64,000 nt of DNA from Planctomycetota bacterium (lineage in GTDB: Bacteria > Planctomycetota > UBA11346): contig REDX01000217.1 of assembly GCA_007695355.1 (NCBI GenBank), forward strand, positions 14,213-78,212, read 5' to 3'. The position numbers and the translations under genes were made by a program. Below, one piece after another: positions 45,935 to 55,002 of this stretch. The number at the start of each line of letters is the position of its first letter. Within the stretch, counting starts at the first letter, position 1. The notes beneath the pieces are model-generated. The model had not been told where the DNA came from. It ran no database searches and saw only the letters and a program-made list of their open reading frames with translations.

Positions 45935-46720
45935 TTAGATGGGGTTGGGGATGTCGATGACGTGATGGGCGAGGTGAAAGCGGCTGGCTAGGGCTTCACC
46001 GATGCGGTGGACGGCGATGGATTCGGTGGCGTGATGACCGGCGGCAAGGAGGTGGCAGCCGCTCTCTTGGGCTTCGTGCCAGCTTTGTTCTGAGGCCTCG
46101 CCGGTGATGAGGACCTGACAACCGGCGGTGGCGGCGGCGAGGAGGCAGCTTTGGCCACCGCCGGTAACTGCGCCAATGCGACTCACCTGCTCGCCGTTGC
46201 CTGGGCAGTGCAGAACTTCGTGACCGACGATGGCCGAGAGTTGATGGCTGAGATCGCTGATCAAAAGGGGTTGAGGGCTGTCCGCCCAAAGGCCGATGGG
46301 CTGACCGTAGTATTCGGCAAAAGGCTTAAAATCCTTGAGGCCAAGCTCGCCGAGGAGCACCGCATTATTGCCGTGCACGGGATGGGCGTCGAGGGGCAGG
46401 TGGTAGGCCAGGAGACTGCAGTCATGGCGCAACAGGGGGGCGAGGCGGCCTTTGAGCATGCCGGTGACCGGCAGCGGCGCCTTATCCCAGAGAATGCCGT
46501 GGTGGACGATGAGGGCATTGGCACCGGCGCTGACCGCAGCTTCGATGGCCGCCCGCGAGGCGGTGCAGGCGGTGGCGATTCGCAGGATCTCATCGCAGCC
46601 CTCAACCTGCAAACCATTGGGGCCATAGTCACGGAAGCGACCACAGTCCAAAAGCTGGTGAAGATAGTCGACCAAGCCTTGACGACTCAGCCCATCAGAG
46701 CCCATCGTCGCTGCTTTCAT
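45935..46720 (-). CDS. Nif3-like dinuclear metal centre protein (YbgI/GTP cyclohydrolase 1 type 2 family)
   Basis: GPNGLQVEG, ALIVHHG, the HLPLDAH metal-ligand segment and C-terminal GHHATES. The start is uncertain (ATG at 46771, 46720 or 46705). Confidence 0.8.
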   Translation of the reverse strand: MKAATMGSDGLSRQGLVDYLHQLLDCGRFRDYGPNGLQVEGCDEILRIATACTASRAAIEAAVSAGANALIVHHGILWDKAPLPVTGMLKGRLAPLLRHDCSLLAYHLPLDAHPVHGNNAVLLGELGLKDFKPFAEYYGQPIGLWADSPQPLLISDLSHQLSAIVGHEVLHCPGNGEQVSRIGAVTGGGQSCLLAAATAGCQVLITGEASEQSWHEAQESGCHLLAAGHHATESIAVHRIGEALASRFHLAHHVIDIPNPI

Positions 46721-46937
46721 CGGTGCGGTAGCGAATGAAGACGATTTGATCGACCTCGCTGCCCGGCTCATTATCGGCTTCCATAATATCGCGTTCTATG
46801 GGCCGCAGCTCAATCTGATCCACCTTGTCGGCGGGAATCTCCCGCAGCAATCGATTAGCCAGGGTCTCCAGCTGCTCAAAAGAATTGGCGGCCTCCTCAA
46901 GGAGGCTAATAATCCGAATCTGTACGTGCTCGCTCAT
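46695..46937 (-). CDS. small acidic hypothetical protein
   Basis: 80 aa from ATG 46937 (MSEHVQIRIISLLEE...), immediately upstream of and overlapping the Nif3-like gene. No recognisable domain. Confidence 0.4.
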   Translation of the reverse strand: MSEHVQIRIISLLEEAANSFEQLETLANRLLREIPADKVDQIELRPIERDIMEADNEPGSEVDQIVFIRYRTDESSDDGL

Positions 46938-46957
46938 AAACAAAGCCTACGCACATA

Positions 46958-48270
46958 CCCCCCCCCACTCAAGCATCTAAATAGGGACAGGCAATTTTAT
47001 CTTGCTGTGACCTTCTTGGTCCCTAGGATTCATTTATGCGCCAACCCCGTGAGCGTCAATTTGATCCTGCGGCACCGCCGTGGTTGCATTGCATTTCGCG
47101 CTGTGTGCGCCGGGCCCTTCTGTGTGGAGAGGGGTATGAGCATCGTAAAGCATGGATTGAACGTCGCTTAGCGCTCTTGGCTCGACACTTCGCGGTGCAA
47201 ATTGGGGCCTATGCGATTATGTCGAATCATCTGCACTTGGTGCTGCGTCCACGGCCACAGGCAGCCTTAGAGTTAAGCGATGATCAGGTCCTGCGCGCCT
47301 GGTGGGCTTTGCGAGAAAATGAGGATTTGGACGCTGACCCTGTCCGGGCATCGAGCCCGGAAGTGCGAGGGATGCTTGAGGGAGTAGCCAAAGAGAATGG
47401 ATTTATTGAGCGCTGGCGCGGGCGCCTGGGCAGCGTAAGTTGGTTTATGAAGGCGATTAAGGAGCCCTTGAGCCGAATGGCCAACCGGGAAGACGATTGC
47501 ACAGGGGCTTTTTGGGAAGGCCGCTTTCGCTCGGTGCCGCTATTGGATACGGCCGCGATTGCCACCTGCATGGTGTATGTGGATCTCAATCCCATCCGTG
47601 CCCAACTGGCGACAAGCCCCGAGACGAGTGCGTTTACTTCCGTGAAGGCGCGCATCGAGGCTCGGGCGGCGGCGGCCGCTCATGGCAAACAAGTTCGTCC
47701 TCAGGTTGAACATCCCTGGCTAACTCCGGTGAACGAGATGACATCTAGTCAGGAGGGGGATCCGGGCCTGAGTCTAGATGCCTACCTAAGACTCGTGGAC
47801 GGAGTCGGCCGTTGCCGTCGCGCTGACAAGGCAGGAGCTATTGCTGGTGACTTGGTGGCGATTATTCAACGTTTGGATGCAGACTTGGTTCCGGGTGAGT
47901 GGGCGCGCTCCATGCTCACTTCCCGCTCCTTAGGCGGAAGCGCCCTAGGCAAGGTCGTTAATCTTGCCGTTGAGGCTCAGCGAAGGGGTGTGCAGTGGCT
48001 GCAGGATCGTTGTCGATTGTTTCTGCCTACTCAAGCATTCGGCAAATAGACCCCCAGAATAGGTGAATCTAGGCATTGCCCATGAGAAACGGCTGCCCGA
48101 GAAGCTGGGCAGTAGGGTTTGGGCATGCTTTGAGAAATAATTAACGCGATTATTGCGAAAACATGACTCATTTTTCGGTCTGAAGCGATGGACACTTCGG
48201 CGAGCGGGCCTCACGGACTATGAAAGTTAATGCCTGTCTCTATTCTAGGGGTGTTTTTTAGGTGGGGGGG
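46958..48270 (+). mobile_element. putative HUH (Y1) transposase unit bracketed by inverted sequence motifs
   Basis: The left flank has a C9 run followed by AC (46958-46968), then AATAGGGACAGGCAATT (46980-46996). The reverse complement of the right flank (48229-48270) has CCCCCCCAC, then AATAGAGACAGGCATT. The right G-run lies inside the last codons of the neighbouring gene, so element boundaries are uncertain. Confidence 0.4.
47036..48049 (+). CDS. IS200-like / REP-associated (RayT-like) HUH tyrosine transposase family protein
   Basis: HUH motif in YAIMSNHLHLVLRP. The conserved Tyr segment is MVYVDLNPIRAQLA (the Y...NP..A.l pattern of Y1 transposases). 337 aa. Confidence 0.7.
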   Translation: MRQPRERQFDPAAPPWLHCISRCVRRALLCGEGYEHRKAWIERRLALLARHFAVQIGAYAIMSNHLHLVLRPRPQAALELSDDQVLRAWWALRENEDLDADPVRASSPEVRGMLEGVAKENGFIERWRGRLGSVSWFMKAIKEPLSRMANREDDCTGAFWEGRFRSVPLLDTAAIATCMVYVDLNPIRAQLATSPETSAFTSVKARIEARAAAAAHGKQVRPQVEHPWLTPVNEMTSSQEGDPGLSLDAYLRLVDGVGRCRRADKAGAIAGDLVAIIQRLDADLVPGEWARSMLTSRSLGGSALGKVVNLAVEAQRRGVQWLQDRCRLFLPTQAFGK

Positions 48271-48932
48271 AGTTCTAGGGTGTGGTGGAGTTGTTGGGCT
48301 AGTTGTTGGGCTTGTTGTGGGTTGAGGCCTTGGGCTAGGCAGCGGGTTTCGCTGGGGAAATCTAGGTCTACGACGAGATAATGGTCCTTTGCGCGGATAT
48401 CAGCAACCCGGCTGCGTGGATACCAGGTGAGGTGGCGCAGGATGACTTGGCGCTTCTCCAGTCCGATGCCGCCGCGATCGGCGAGTATGGTGGTTCGGAA
48501 GAACCATTCCTTTGGTCGGTAATTCTTGGTGAAGGGGATGTGAAGAACATCCCATAGGACGGCGGCGAGAAAGAGCCATAACGCTAGCAAGATTGCCGCA
48601 GCCCCAAAGGATATGACGAGCATGGCTTGGCTGATGACATAGAAGATCAGACTCAGGAAAAGCGGTATTGCATCCGTGCCCTCAGTTGGATCGGTGGCAG
48701 GGCGAAGGTTTGCCGGGCCCGTGCCAAAGGAGGAGGAAAGGGTATTTACCGTGACGGCGATGGCGAAACTCAAGGGCAGTAGCACTAAGAGCGCCAGGAG
48801 AGCCACGCCACCCAGCCATGGCAGCCATCCGCGCCAGGGCTCGTGCCGCGCCAGCAGCCAGCGTCCTGGATCGATTTGCCAAGTTGCGTAGGGAATCGTA
48901 TCTTGACTGATGGTGGATGAGGTGGTGTTCAT
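48258..48932 (-). CDS. hypothetical membrane protein
   Basis: 224 aa with three clear hydrophobic helices. No recognisable domain. It is divergent from the M48 gene. Confidence 0.5.
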   Translation of the reverse strand: MNTTSSTISQDTIPYATWQIDPGRWLLARHEPWRGWLPWLGGVALLALLVLLPLSFAIAVTVNTLSSSFGTGPANLRPATDPTEGTDAIPLFLSLIFYVISQAMLVISFGAAAILLALWLFLAAVLWDVLHIPFTKNYRPKEWFFRTTILADRGGIGLEKRQVILRHLTWYPRSRVADIRAKDHYLVVDLDFPSETRCLAQGLNPQQAQQLAQQLHHTLELPPT

Positions 48933-48984
48933 GGGTGGTCGCAGTGAGCGGTTGATGTCGCAGCGTATTCATCTCGCCTAGGGC

Positions 48985-49014
48985 TTGTCGATCAAGCTGC
49001 GATATGGTTATGAT
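48985..49014 (+). promoter_or_regulatory. candidate sigma-70-like promoter for the M48 protease gene
   Basis: TTGTCG, an 18-nt spacer, then TATGAT (an overlapping GATAAT also exists), about 40 nt upstream of ATG 49051. Tentative. Confidence 0.3.
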
Positions 49015-49050
49015 AATACTGTTCCTTGACCCCCATGGTTTAAATTCAGC

Positions 49051-50991
49051 ATGCGTCGAGGAACTATGGATATTTTTGCTGCTCAAGATCAAGCTCGGAG
49101 AACCACACAAAAACTTGTGGTGCTGCAGATGTTCTTGGTGCCTTTGTTTGCAGCCGTGATCGCGATTTTCTTATTGGCTCCCATGGGTTGGCTGGATGTC
49201 ACCCAGCCTGAGATGAGCTTTGCGTTTTCCCATTATTTTTGGCTGTGGCTGGCGGGAACCGTGCTTGTCAGCGGCCTCCTCGCTGGAGTGGCTTTCTCTC
49301 GTTGGCGCCAATTACAGGCAGGTGGCAAGGCCATTGCTCGTCGCCTTTCGGCGCGGATGATTGATCCACAGACCCAGGCATTCAGCGAACGGCAAATCCT
49401 TAATGTGGTAGAGGAAATGTGTATTGCCGCCACACTGCCCACGCTGCCGGTCTATGTTCTCGATCGGGAATATGGAATTAACGCTGCGGCCATTGGCTGG
49501 GAAATGGAAGACGTGGTGTTGATTATTAGCGCCGGCTGTCTGGATGCCTGTACGCGCGACGAGATGCAAGCCATTGTTGCGCATGAGCTGGGGCATGTTT
49601 GGCATGGCGATCCAGGGCTTAAGGTGCGTTTGGTTGCCTTGGTGGCGGGGATGATGTTTTTCTCTCATCATTTATCGAAGGTGCTCGCGCCGCCTCCAGA
49701 AATTGATCAGGGCAGTAATGGTCCTGGCCAAGGCACGCTTCAAGAAAAGACCCGGGAGGCCGAATTGGCGAAAAGCCGTCGAGCTCCCCTGCGGCACCTA
49801 CCGTCCTCCGCGGCTCTGGATGGCTTTCAGGAGGAAACCTCTGCTGATGGCGGCCGCCGGAAGCGGAGGCGGGTGCAGCGGCAAGAAAACCATGAGCATA
49901 CGAATTTCGTTGATCGCTTCGTGGTGAGGCCGTTATTGATTATCGTCGTTGTCGTTTACGGGATGCTCTTGGTAATGGTCGCCTCCTTGGCCGCGGTCTT
50001 TTCACGCTGTCTGCAGGCGGCGGTATCCCGCCAGCGGGAATTTCTTGCCGATGCTTCGGCCTTGCAGTTTACCCGTAATCCTGCAGCGATGGCCAGGGTT
50101 TTTGATCATATCCATCAGCATCCGATGGGATCTCGCATGGAAAACCCGGCACTTCGGCAATTTAACTGCGTGTTTCTGGCGCCAATTTATGGACAAGAGG
50201 GATTGTTATGGATGGCTTCGCACCCCTCGATATCTCAGCGTCGGGCGCGATTGCGCCTGGACGCTTATGCTGGGACCAGCCGCGAAGTTTCGCCAGCGAA
50301 GGCAGTGCCGGCCCAGCAGGTATCGGCTCCTGTTTCCATGGAGAGCCAAGTCTGCGCGCGACCACCGGTGGACTTGCTCCTATTGGCCATGTGTTGCCGT
50401 GGCCAAGAGGAGGCCATCCAGGCAGTACACCATGATCTCGCGGCGGAACAGCAGGGGCAGTTCGCGGAACTTGCTGCCAAGGGTAGGCCTGATTGGGCCC
50501 AGGTATTGGGCATGCGTCCAGCGCTGATGGCTTTGCCGGAGCCACGGCAGCGACAGCTATTGCGTTATTTGGAACGGGCGGTGCAGGCCGATGGACGTCT
50601 TGATTTTGGCGAATGGTTGCTGACGCGTTTGGTCAGCAATTGGCTGTGTCCGCCGCGCTTGGATCGCGATCCGGGGCGTACATCTCGGCATCAGGGAGCG
50701 ATACGCCTGCTGGGGTTATTGGCCCGTAGCGGGGGCAAACAGCAAGCAGCCGGCGCCTTGAATGCGGGGTTGGTGTATATGGACATGGAGCCCGTAGCGG
50801 GCATGCCGGCGCATGACTTTCAGCTCATTGATGAGGATCTGCGCGCCTGGCGCGCAGCCCCTGGATCCGAGCGCCGCCGGCTTATGGAAGCCGCCAAGTG
50901 CACGGCCTACTACGATGGCCATTTGGCAGGCAGTGAGAAGGCCGTTATTCACCTCTTCGCCATCGCCTTGGGTGGTCAAGCCCGGGATTAA
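49051..50991 (+). CDS. M48 (HtpX-like) zinc metalloprotease fused to C-terminal TerB-like repeats
   Basis: TM helices flank HELGHVWHGD (HExxH). The C-terminal half holds two segments of the TerB-like type (ADGRLDFGEWLL..., YDGHLAGSEKAVIHLFAIALG). ATG 49066 is an alternative start. Confidence 0.75.
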   Translation: MRRGTMDIFAAQDQARRTTQKLVVLQMFLVPLFAAVIAIFLLAPMGWLDVTQPEMSFAFSHYFWLWLAGTVLVSGLLAGVAFSRWRQLQAGGKAIARRLSARMIDPQTQAFSERQILNVVEEMCIAATLPTLPVYVLDREYGINAAAIGWEMEDVVLIISAGCLDACTRDEMQAIVAHELGHVWHGDPGLKVRLVALVAGMMFFSHHLSKVLAPPPEIDQGSNGPGQGTLQEKTREAELAKSRRAPLRHLPSSAALDGFQEETSADGGRRKRRRVQRQENHEHTNFVDRFVVRPLLIIVVVVYGMLLVMVASLAAVFSRCLQAAVSRQREFLADASALQFTRNPAAMARVFDHIHQHPMGSRMENPALRQFNCVFLAPIYGQEGLLWMASHPSISQRRARLRLDAYAGTSREVSPAKAVPAQQVSAPVSMESQVCARPPVDLLLLAMCCRGQEEAIQAVHHDLAAEQQGQFAELAAKGRPDWAQVLGMRPALMALPEPRQRQLLRYLERAVQADGRLDFGEWLLTRLVSNWLCPPRLDRDPGRTSRHQGAIRLLGLLARSGGKQQAAGALNAGLVYMDMEPVAGMPAHDFQLIDEDLRAWRAAPGSERRRLMEAAKCTAYYDGHLAGSEKAVIHLFAIALGGQARD

Positions 50992-50995
50992 AGTT

Positions 50996-52240
50996 TTAGG
51001 GGCTTTGCAGGAGTCTGCTGGCGTAGTGGCGGAGACGGCTGAGTTCGCGATTGTAGGGTTCACTGATCAGCAGTTCGTCGATGAGGGCGAGGGCCTCATC
51101 GCTGCGGCCGAGGTTGAGGAGAAGCTGGGCCAATTGCAGTCTGGCGCTGCGGCGCTGGCCATCAGGATGGGCGATGGCGGCGCGCAGCTGGGCTTCGGCG
51201 GCCAGCAGGTCGCCGTCCTGCCAGGCGAGGCGCGCCGCCCAGCGATAGAGGTCGGCGTCAACGGCGCCGGCGGCAATGAGGCTGGCGATGGCTTCGCGGG
51301 CGGTGCTCAGGTCCTCGCCTTGGGCGGCAATGCGCGCCCGCAGCAGCCACCAGGAGCGATCGCGATCGTTCTCGCTTACCGCATCCAGCCAGGCCAGGGC
51401 CTGCTGGTGATCATCGGCGGCTTCTCCGGCGCGGGCGGCGAGGAGCAGCAGTTGGGTATCGCTGGGGGCATCGGCGAGGAGGCGCTGGGCAAGGATGAGG
51501 GCTTCGCGCGGCATGTGGTGATCGAGGAGCAGGCTGAGGTAGGTGCGGGCGATCTCCCCGTCGGCGGGGGCGAGGTGGTGGGCGATGCGAATGGCGGTGC
51601 GGGCCCGCTCGGCCTGCTGCAGGCGATGGCTTATGAGGGCAAGGCCGTACCAGTCCTGGGCGCTGGCCCGCTGGTCCATGGCCAGGGCCTGCCAGTGGGC
51701 GGCGGCGCGCAGCTCATCACCGAGGTCGCTGGCGGCCTGGGCGGCGAGGCGGCGCAGCTCCCGGGAATCGGGAAAGCGGGCTAGGCCGCGGCGGGCGAGG
51801 TCCTCGGCGATGGCCGGATCCTGGTCTTCGAGGGCGGCGTGGGCGGCGGCGATCCACCAGCCGCTGGAGCTGTCGGGCAGTTCCAGCCAGATGCCAATGT
51901 GCCGGCGCAGGTGCGGCCAGTCTTCGGCCATGGCGAGGGCGTGGATGAGGCCCTCGGCGGCGGCCCGGTGGTCGCTGCGCTGGGCGAGTACGGCTTGGTA
52001 GGCGGCGGCGGCGGCGGGCCAGTCTTGGCTGAGGGTGGCAATGCGGCCGCGCCAGAAGTGGCTTTCGGGATGGGGATCATTGGGGTGGCGGGCGATGAGT
52101 TCCTGCGCCAAGGCGAGTTGTTCTTCTGCCGCTTGCGCCACTTCTGCAAGCCAGCGGCTGCGCTCGCGCTCGCTCAATTCGCTGGCTGCAGCCTGGCTGA
52201 GAAGGGCGTTGAGGGCCAGCAGGCAAGCAACGAATGACAT
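50996..52240 (-). CDS. TPR protein, terminal gene of the TonB2/Ttp-type cluster (TtpD-like position)
   Basis: Start set at MSFVACLLALNALLSQAAA (signal-like). The rest is degenerate Ala/Leu-rich TPR-like helices. It sits after tonB, as in TonB2-type clusters. Confidence 0.6.
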   Translation of the reverse strand: MSFVACLLALNALLSQAAASELSERERSRWLAEVAQAAEEQLALAQELIARHPNDPHPESHFWRGRIATLSQDWPAAAAAYQAVLAQRSDHRAAAEGLIHALAMAEDWPHLRRHIGIWLELPDSSSGWWIAAAHAALEDQDPAIAEDLARRGLARFPDSRELRRLAAQAASDLGDELRAAAHWQALAMDQRASAQDWYGLALISHRLQQAERARTAIRIAHHLAPADGEIARTYLSLLLDHHMPREALILAQRLLADAPSDTQLLLLAARAGEAADDHQQALAWLDAVSENDRDRSWWLLRARIAAQGEDLSTAREAIASLIAAGAVDADLYRWAARLAWQDGDLLAAEAQLRAAIAHPDGQRRSARLQLAQLLLNLGRSDEALALIDELLISEPYNRELSRLRHYASRLLQSP

Positions 52241-52284
52241 AGGAAATTTGGGACGCCAACGTGCGCAAATGGATAGCGCCATAA

Positions 52285-52926
52285 TTAGGGCCCTCCGTCC
52301 AGGCGCCATTGCAGCTCTTCGATGAGCACCGTGGGCACGGCTTCACCATCGACGGTTTGCGGCTGGTAGCGGAGTTGGCGGGCGACGCTGCGGGCGGCGG
52401 CATCGAAAACGCCGCGGGGCTGGGATTCGATAATTTCGGCCTCGCTGACCCGGCCCTCCTGGTCGATATGCAGGCGCAGGCGGGTAAGGCCTTCTTGGCG
52501 GCGCTGGCGCGCGGCGCGGGGATAGAAGCGGCTCAAAACATCGCTGCCGGTGAGGCGCACCGCCGGTTGCACCACGCCCTGGCTGCGGCTCTCGGCGTAG
52601 CGCGGAACCGATGGCTGCCAGCCTTGGAGCAATGGCCCCTCGCCGAGGCCGCTGCGCAGGCCGGGAATATCGAGGCCGGGCAGCTCGGGGGCGGCGGCGC
52701 TCCACTGCTGCTCGGGGGCGGCGGCGGGATCGCTGTCCTCGGGGCTGGGCTGGGGGGCATCGTGCTGGGGCGGCGGCGGTGGCGGGGGAACTCGGCGCAC
52801 GCTTATGCTGGGGCTGGGCTGGCTCAGGCTTTCCGGGCTAGGGCGCAGGTGATAGCCAAGGGCGGCCAGCACCAGGGCAAAGGTGATGGCGGCGGCGAGC
52901 AGGCTGGGCAGGGGGGAGGGGCTCAT
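52285..52926 (-). CDS. tonB: energy transducer TonB
   Basis: N-terminal TM, a Pro-rich spacer (PPPPPPQHDAPQPSPE), and a C-terminal TonB domain ...RLRLHIDQEGRVSEAEIIESQPRGVFDAAARSVARQLRYQP. Confidence 0.85.
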   Translation of the reverse strand: MSPSPLPSLLAAAITFALVLAALGYHLRPSPESLSQPSPSISVRRVPPPPPPPQHDAPQPSPEDSDPAAAPEQQWSAAAPELPGLDIPGLRSGLGEGPLLQGWQPSVPRYAESRSQGVVQPAVRLTGSDVLSRFYPRAARQRRQEGLTRLRLHIDQEGRVSEAEIIESQPRGVFDAAARSVARQLRYQPQTVDGEAVPTVLIEELQWRLDGGP

Positions 52927-53342
52927 CGGCTTCCCCTTCGGCCCTGGTCGGCGGCCAGATCGATGGCGCGGGCGCCGGCGTGCACGCAGGCGTCCATGAC
53001 CTCTACCAGGCGCTGGGTGGATACCTGGCCATCGGCGTGGATCAGCACCCGTCCCTCGCTGCGCTCGTCGAGTTCGCGGCTTAAGGCAGCGTGATCGTCA
53101 AGGTTCCAGGGCTGGTCGTTAATCCATACCGCGCCATCGGCGGTAATCGCCACCAGCGCCGGCCGGCTTGGCAGGGCTTGGGCTTGGCTGCTGCTGGGCC
53201 GGCTAATGGGCAGGGCGGTGGGGGTAACGAAGGTGGCGGCGAGGACGTAGAAAATCAGCAGCAGAAAGACCACATCGATGAGGGGGGCAAGGTCTACCCG
53301 GGCCTCATCGGCCTCGCTGCGGGGGGCGCGCAGGCGAATCAT
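52923..53342 (-). CDS. exbD: biopolymer transport protein ExbD/TolR
   Basis: DLAPLIDVVFLLLIFYVL TM motif and a periplasmic domain. ATGA overlaps on both sides. Confidence 0.85.
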   Translation of the reverse strand: MIRLRAPRSEADEARVDLAPLIDVVFLLLIFYVLAATFVTPTALPISRPSSSQAQALPSRPALVAITADGAVWINDQPWNLDDHAALSRELDERSEGRVLIHADGQVSTQRLVEVMDACVHAGARAIDLAADQGRRGSR

Positions 53343-53716
53343 GCCTCGTCTCCGCCATCGCCGGATTGCCGGTTTATGAGGTGGACCGCAATCAGGCCAG
53401 GCACCGCAATCAGCAAGCCCACCTGGGTGGTCACCAGGGCGCGACCAATGCCCGAGCCAACCCCAGCCGCATCGTGGCCATGGGCCAGGCTGCCCAGACT
53501 TTCAATCAGTCCGGAGACGGTGCCGAGTAGGCCGAGCAGGGGGGCACAGGCGACCAGGGCGAGGGCGATGGGGGTAAGGCCGGGGTTGAGGCCCCGGCGC
53601 CGGGCCTGGAATTGGTAGACCAGAATGCCGACCAGGGCGGCGGCGAGGAGGGCGAGAAGGAGGAACACCGGCTCACCGGCCGGCAGCCACCAGCGATGGT
53701 TGGGGAAATCCATCAT
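53339..53716 (-). CDS. exbB: MotA/TolQ/ExbB proton-channel protein (short form)
   Basis: APLLGLLGTVSGLIESL...IGRALVTTQVGLLIAVP is the ExbB/TolQ signature. Confidence 0.8.
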   Translation of the reverse strand: MMDFPNHRWWLPAGEPVFLLLALLAAALVGILVYQFQARRRGLNPGLTPIALALVACAPLLGLLGTVSGLIESLGSLAHGHDAAGVGSGIGRALVTTQVGLLIAVPGLIAVHLINRQSGDGGDEA

Positions 53717-55002
53717 GGCGCCGACTCCGTCGCGGCCCCGCCATGAACTTGGTCTGGGTCAAGGGCGGCGAGGAGGTGCAGGGCTTCGGCTTCCAGGCGG
53801 GCGCGCCAGCGACTGGCGTCGCGGGCCAGCAGGGCATGGACGATGAGGGTGGGCACCGCCACCATTAATCCCAATTCGGTGGTGAGCAGGGCTTGGCCAA
53901 TGCCGGCGCTCAGGCCTTCGGCATCGGCGCCGGTGCCCAGGGCTTGGAAGCTGGCGATCATACCAGTGACGGTGCCGAGCAGGCCGAGCAGGGGGGCGCT
54001 GGCGGCGAGCACCGCCAGCAGGCGCAGGCCGCGGGCCAGGGAGACCTCGGCCTCGGCAAGGAAGGCGCCGGCCTGCTGCTGCCGCTGGCTGGGTGGGGAT
54101 TGCAGAATGCCCAGCAGCACCGTCGCCACCGGCCCCTGCCAGGTCTTGGCCAGGCTGAGGGCCTGGAGATGATCGGGGGCGGTAATCAGGGCGCGGGTGG
54201 CACCCTGGGGCCGGCGCCAGCGCAGGCGCACCACCACCCGACCGACGGCGGTCATCAGGGCAACCAGGGCGACGGCAAAGATGGGCCAGATAAAGGGGCC
54301 ACCCCGGCTAATAAAACCCTGCAGGCCCCGCGGCGCTACGCTGGTGGTGGCGAGGCGGCCGCTGACATCAATCCAGGCGCTGCCGCTGGGGCTGGTGGCG
54401 GGCAGGGGTGGGCCATCGATGAGCCAGTTACCATCGCCATCGCGGATAAGCAGGCCCCGCTGGTCGGCGCCCTCGCCAAGTGCCAGTTGTTGCGCCGCTC
54501 CCCATTGTAGCACCGGTACCGTTACTCCGCGGCCCTGGCGGTCATAGACCGCGCGCTCACCCTGGGCCACCTGCTGCTGATTGCGCAGGTGCCTTAGGCG
54601 CTCGGCCAGGGCGGCGGGAATTTGCGGCGCATCCGCGCTGGGGGGATGAAAGCCGTGCTGCTCGGCGAGCCGATTGAGGGCGCGTAATTGCTGCGGCAAG
54701 GCAGTCGCCTCGGTGGCCTCGGTGGCCGCGTTTTCCAAACGCTCGCGCAGTTGCGCCAGCTCGTCTTCCTGGGCGGCAAGGGCCCGCTGGCGCTCGGCCG
54801 CGGCTTCGGCCAGCTGCTGCAACTCCTGCAATTGGGCCTGGCGCGCGGCCATAATCTCCTCGCGCAACCGGGCGAGGTCATCGGCGGCGGCAGTGCGCGC
54901 CTTCACCAGTTCGCCACCTTCGCTAGCCACTAATAAATTAGTGGTTATGGCGCCAGCGCTCAAGCCGGCGAGCAAACACAAGCAGAACAGGGCCCGCCTC
55001 AT
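53713..55002 (-). CDS. large MotA/TolQ/ExbB-family protein with an N-terminal periplasmic coiled-coil (TtpC-like)
   Basis: Start at MRRALFCLCLLAG (ATG 55002, ATGA overlap with the upstream stop). The C-terminus APLLGLLGTVTGMIASF...IGQALLTTELGLMVAVP is the ExbB signature. Confidence 0.8.
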   Translation of the reverse strand: MRRALFCLCLLAGLSAGAITTNLLVASEGGELVKARTAAADDLARLREEIMAARQAQLQELQQLAEAAAERQRALAAQEDELAQLRERLENAATEATEATALPQQLRALNRLAEQHGFHPPSADAPQIPAALAERLRHLRNQQQVAQGERAVYDRQGRGVTVPVLQWGAAQQLALGEGADQRGLLIRDGDGNWLIDGPPLPATSPSGSAWIDVSGRLATTSVAPRGLQGFISRGGPFIWPIFAVALVALMTAVGRVVVRLRWRRPQGATRALITAPDHLQALSLAKTWQGPVATVLLGILQSPPSQRQQQAGAFLAEAEVSLARGLRLLAVLAASAPLLGLLGTVTGMIASFQALGTGADAEGLSAGIGQALLTTELGLMVAVPTLIVHALLARDASRWRARLEAEALHLLAALDPDQVHGGAATESAP

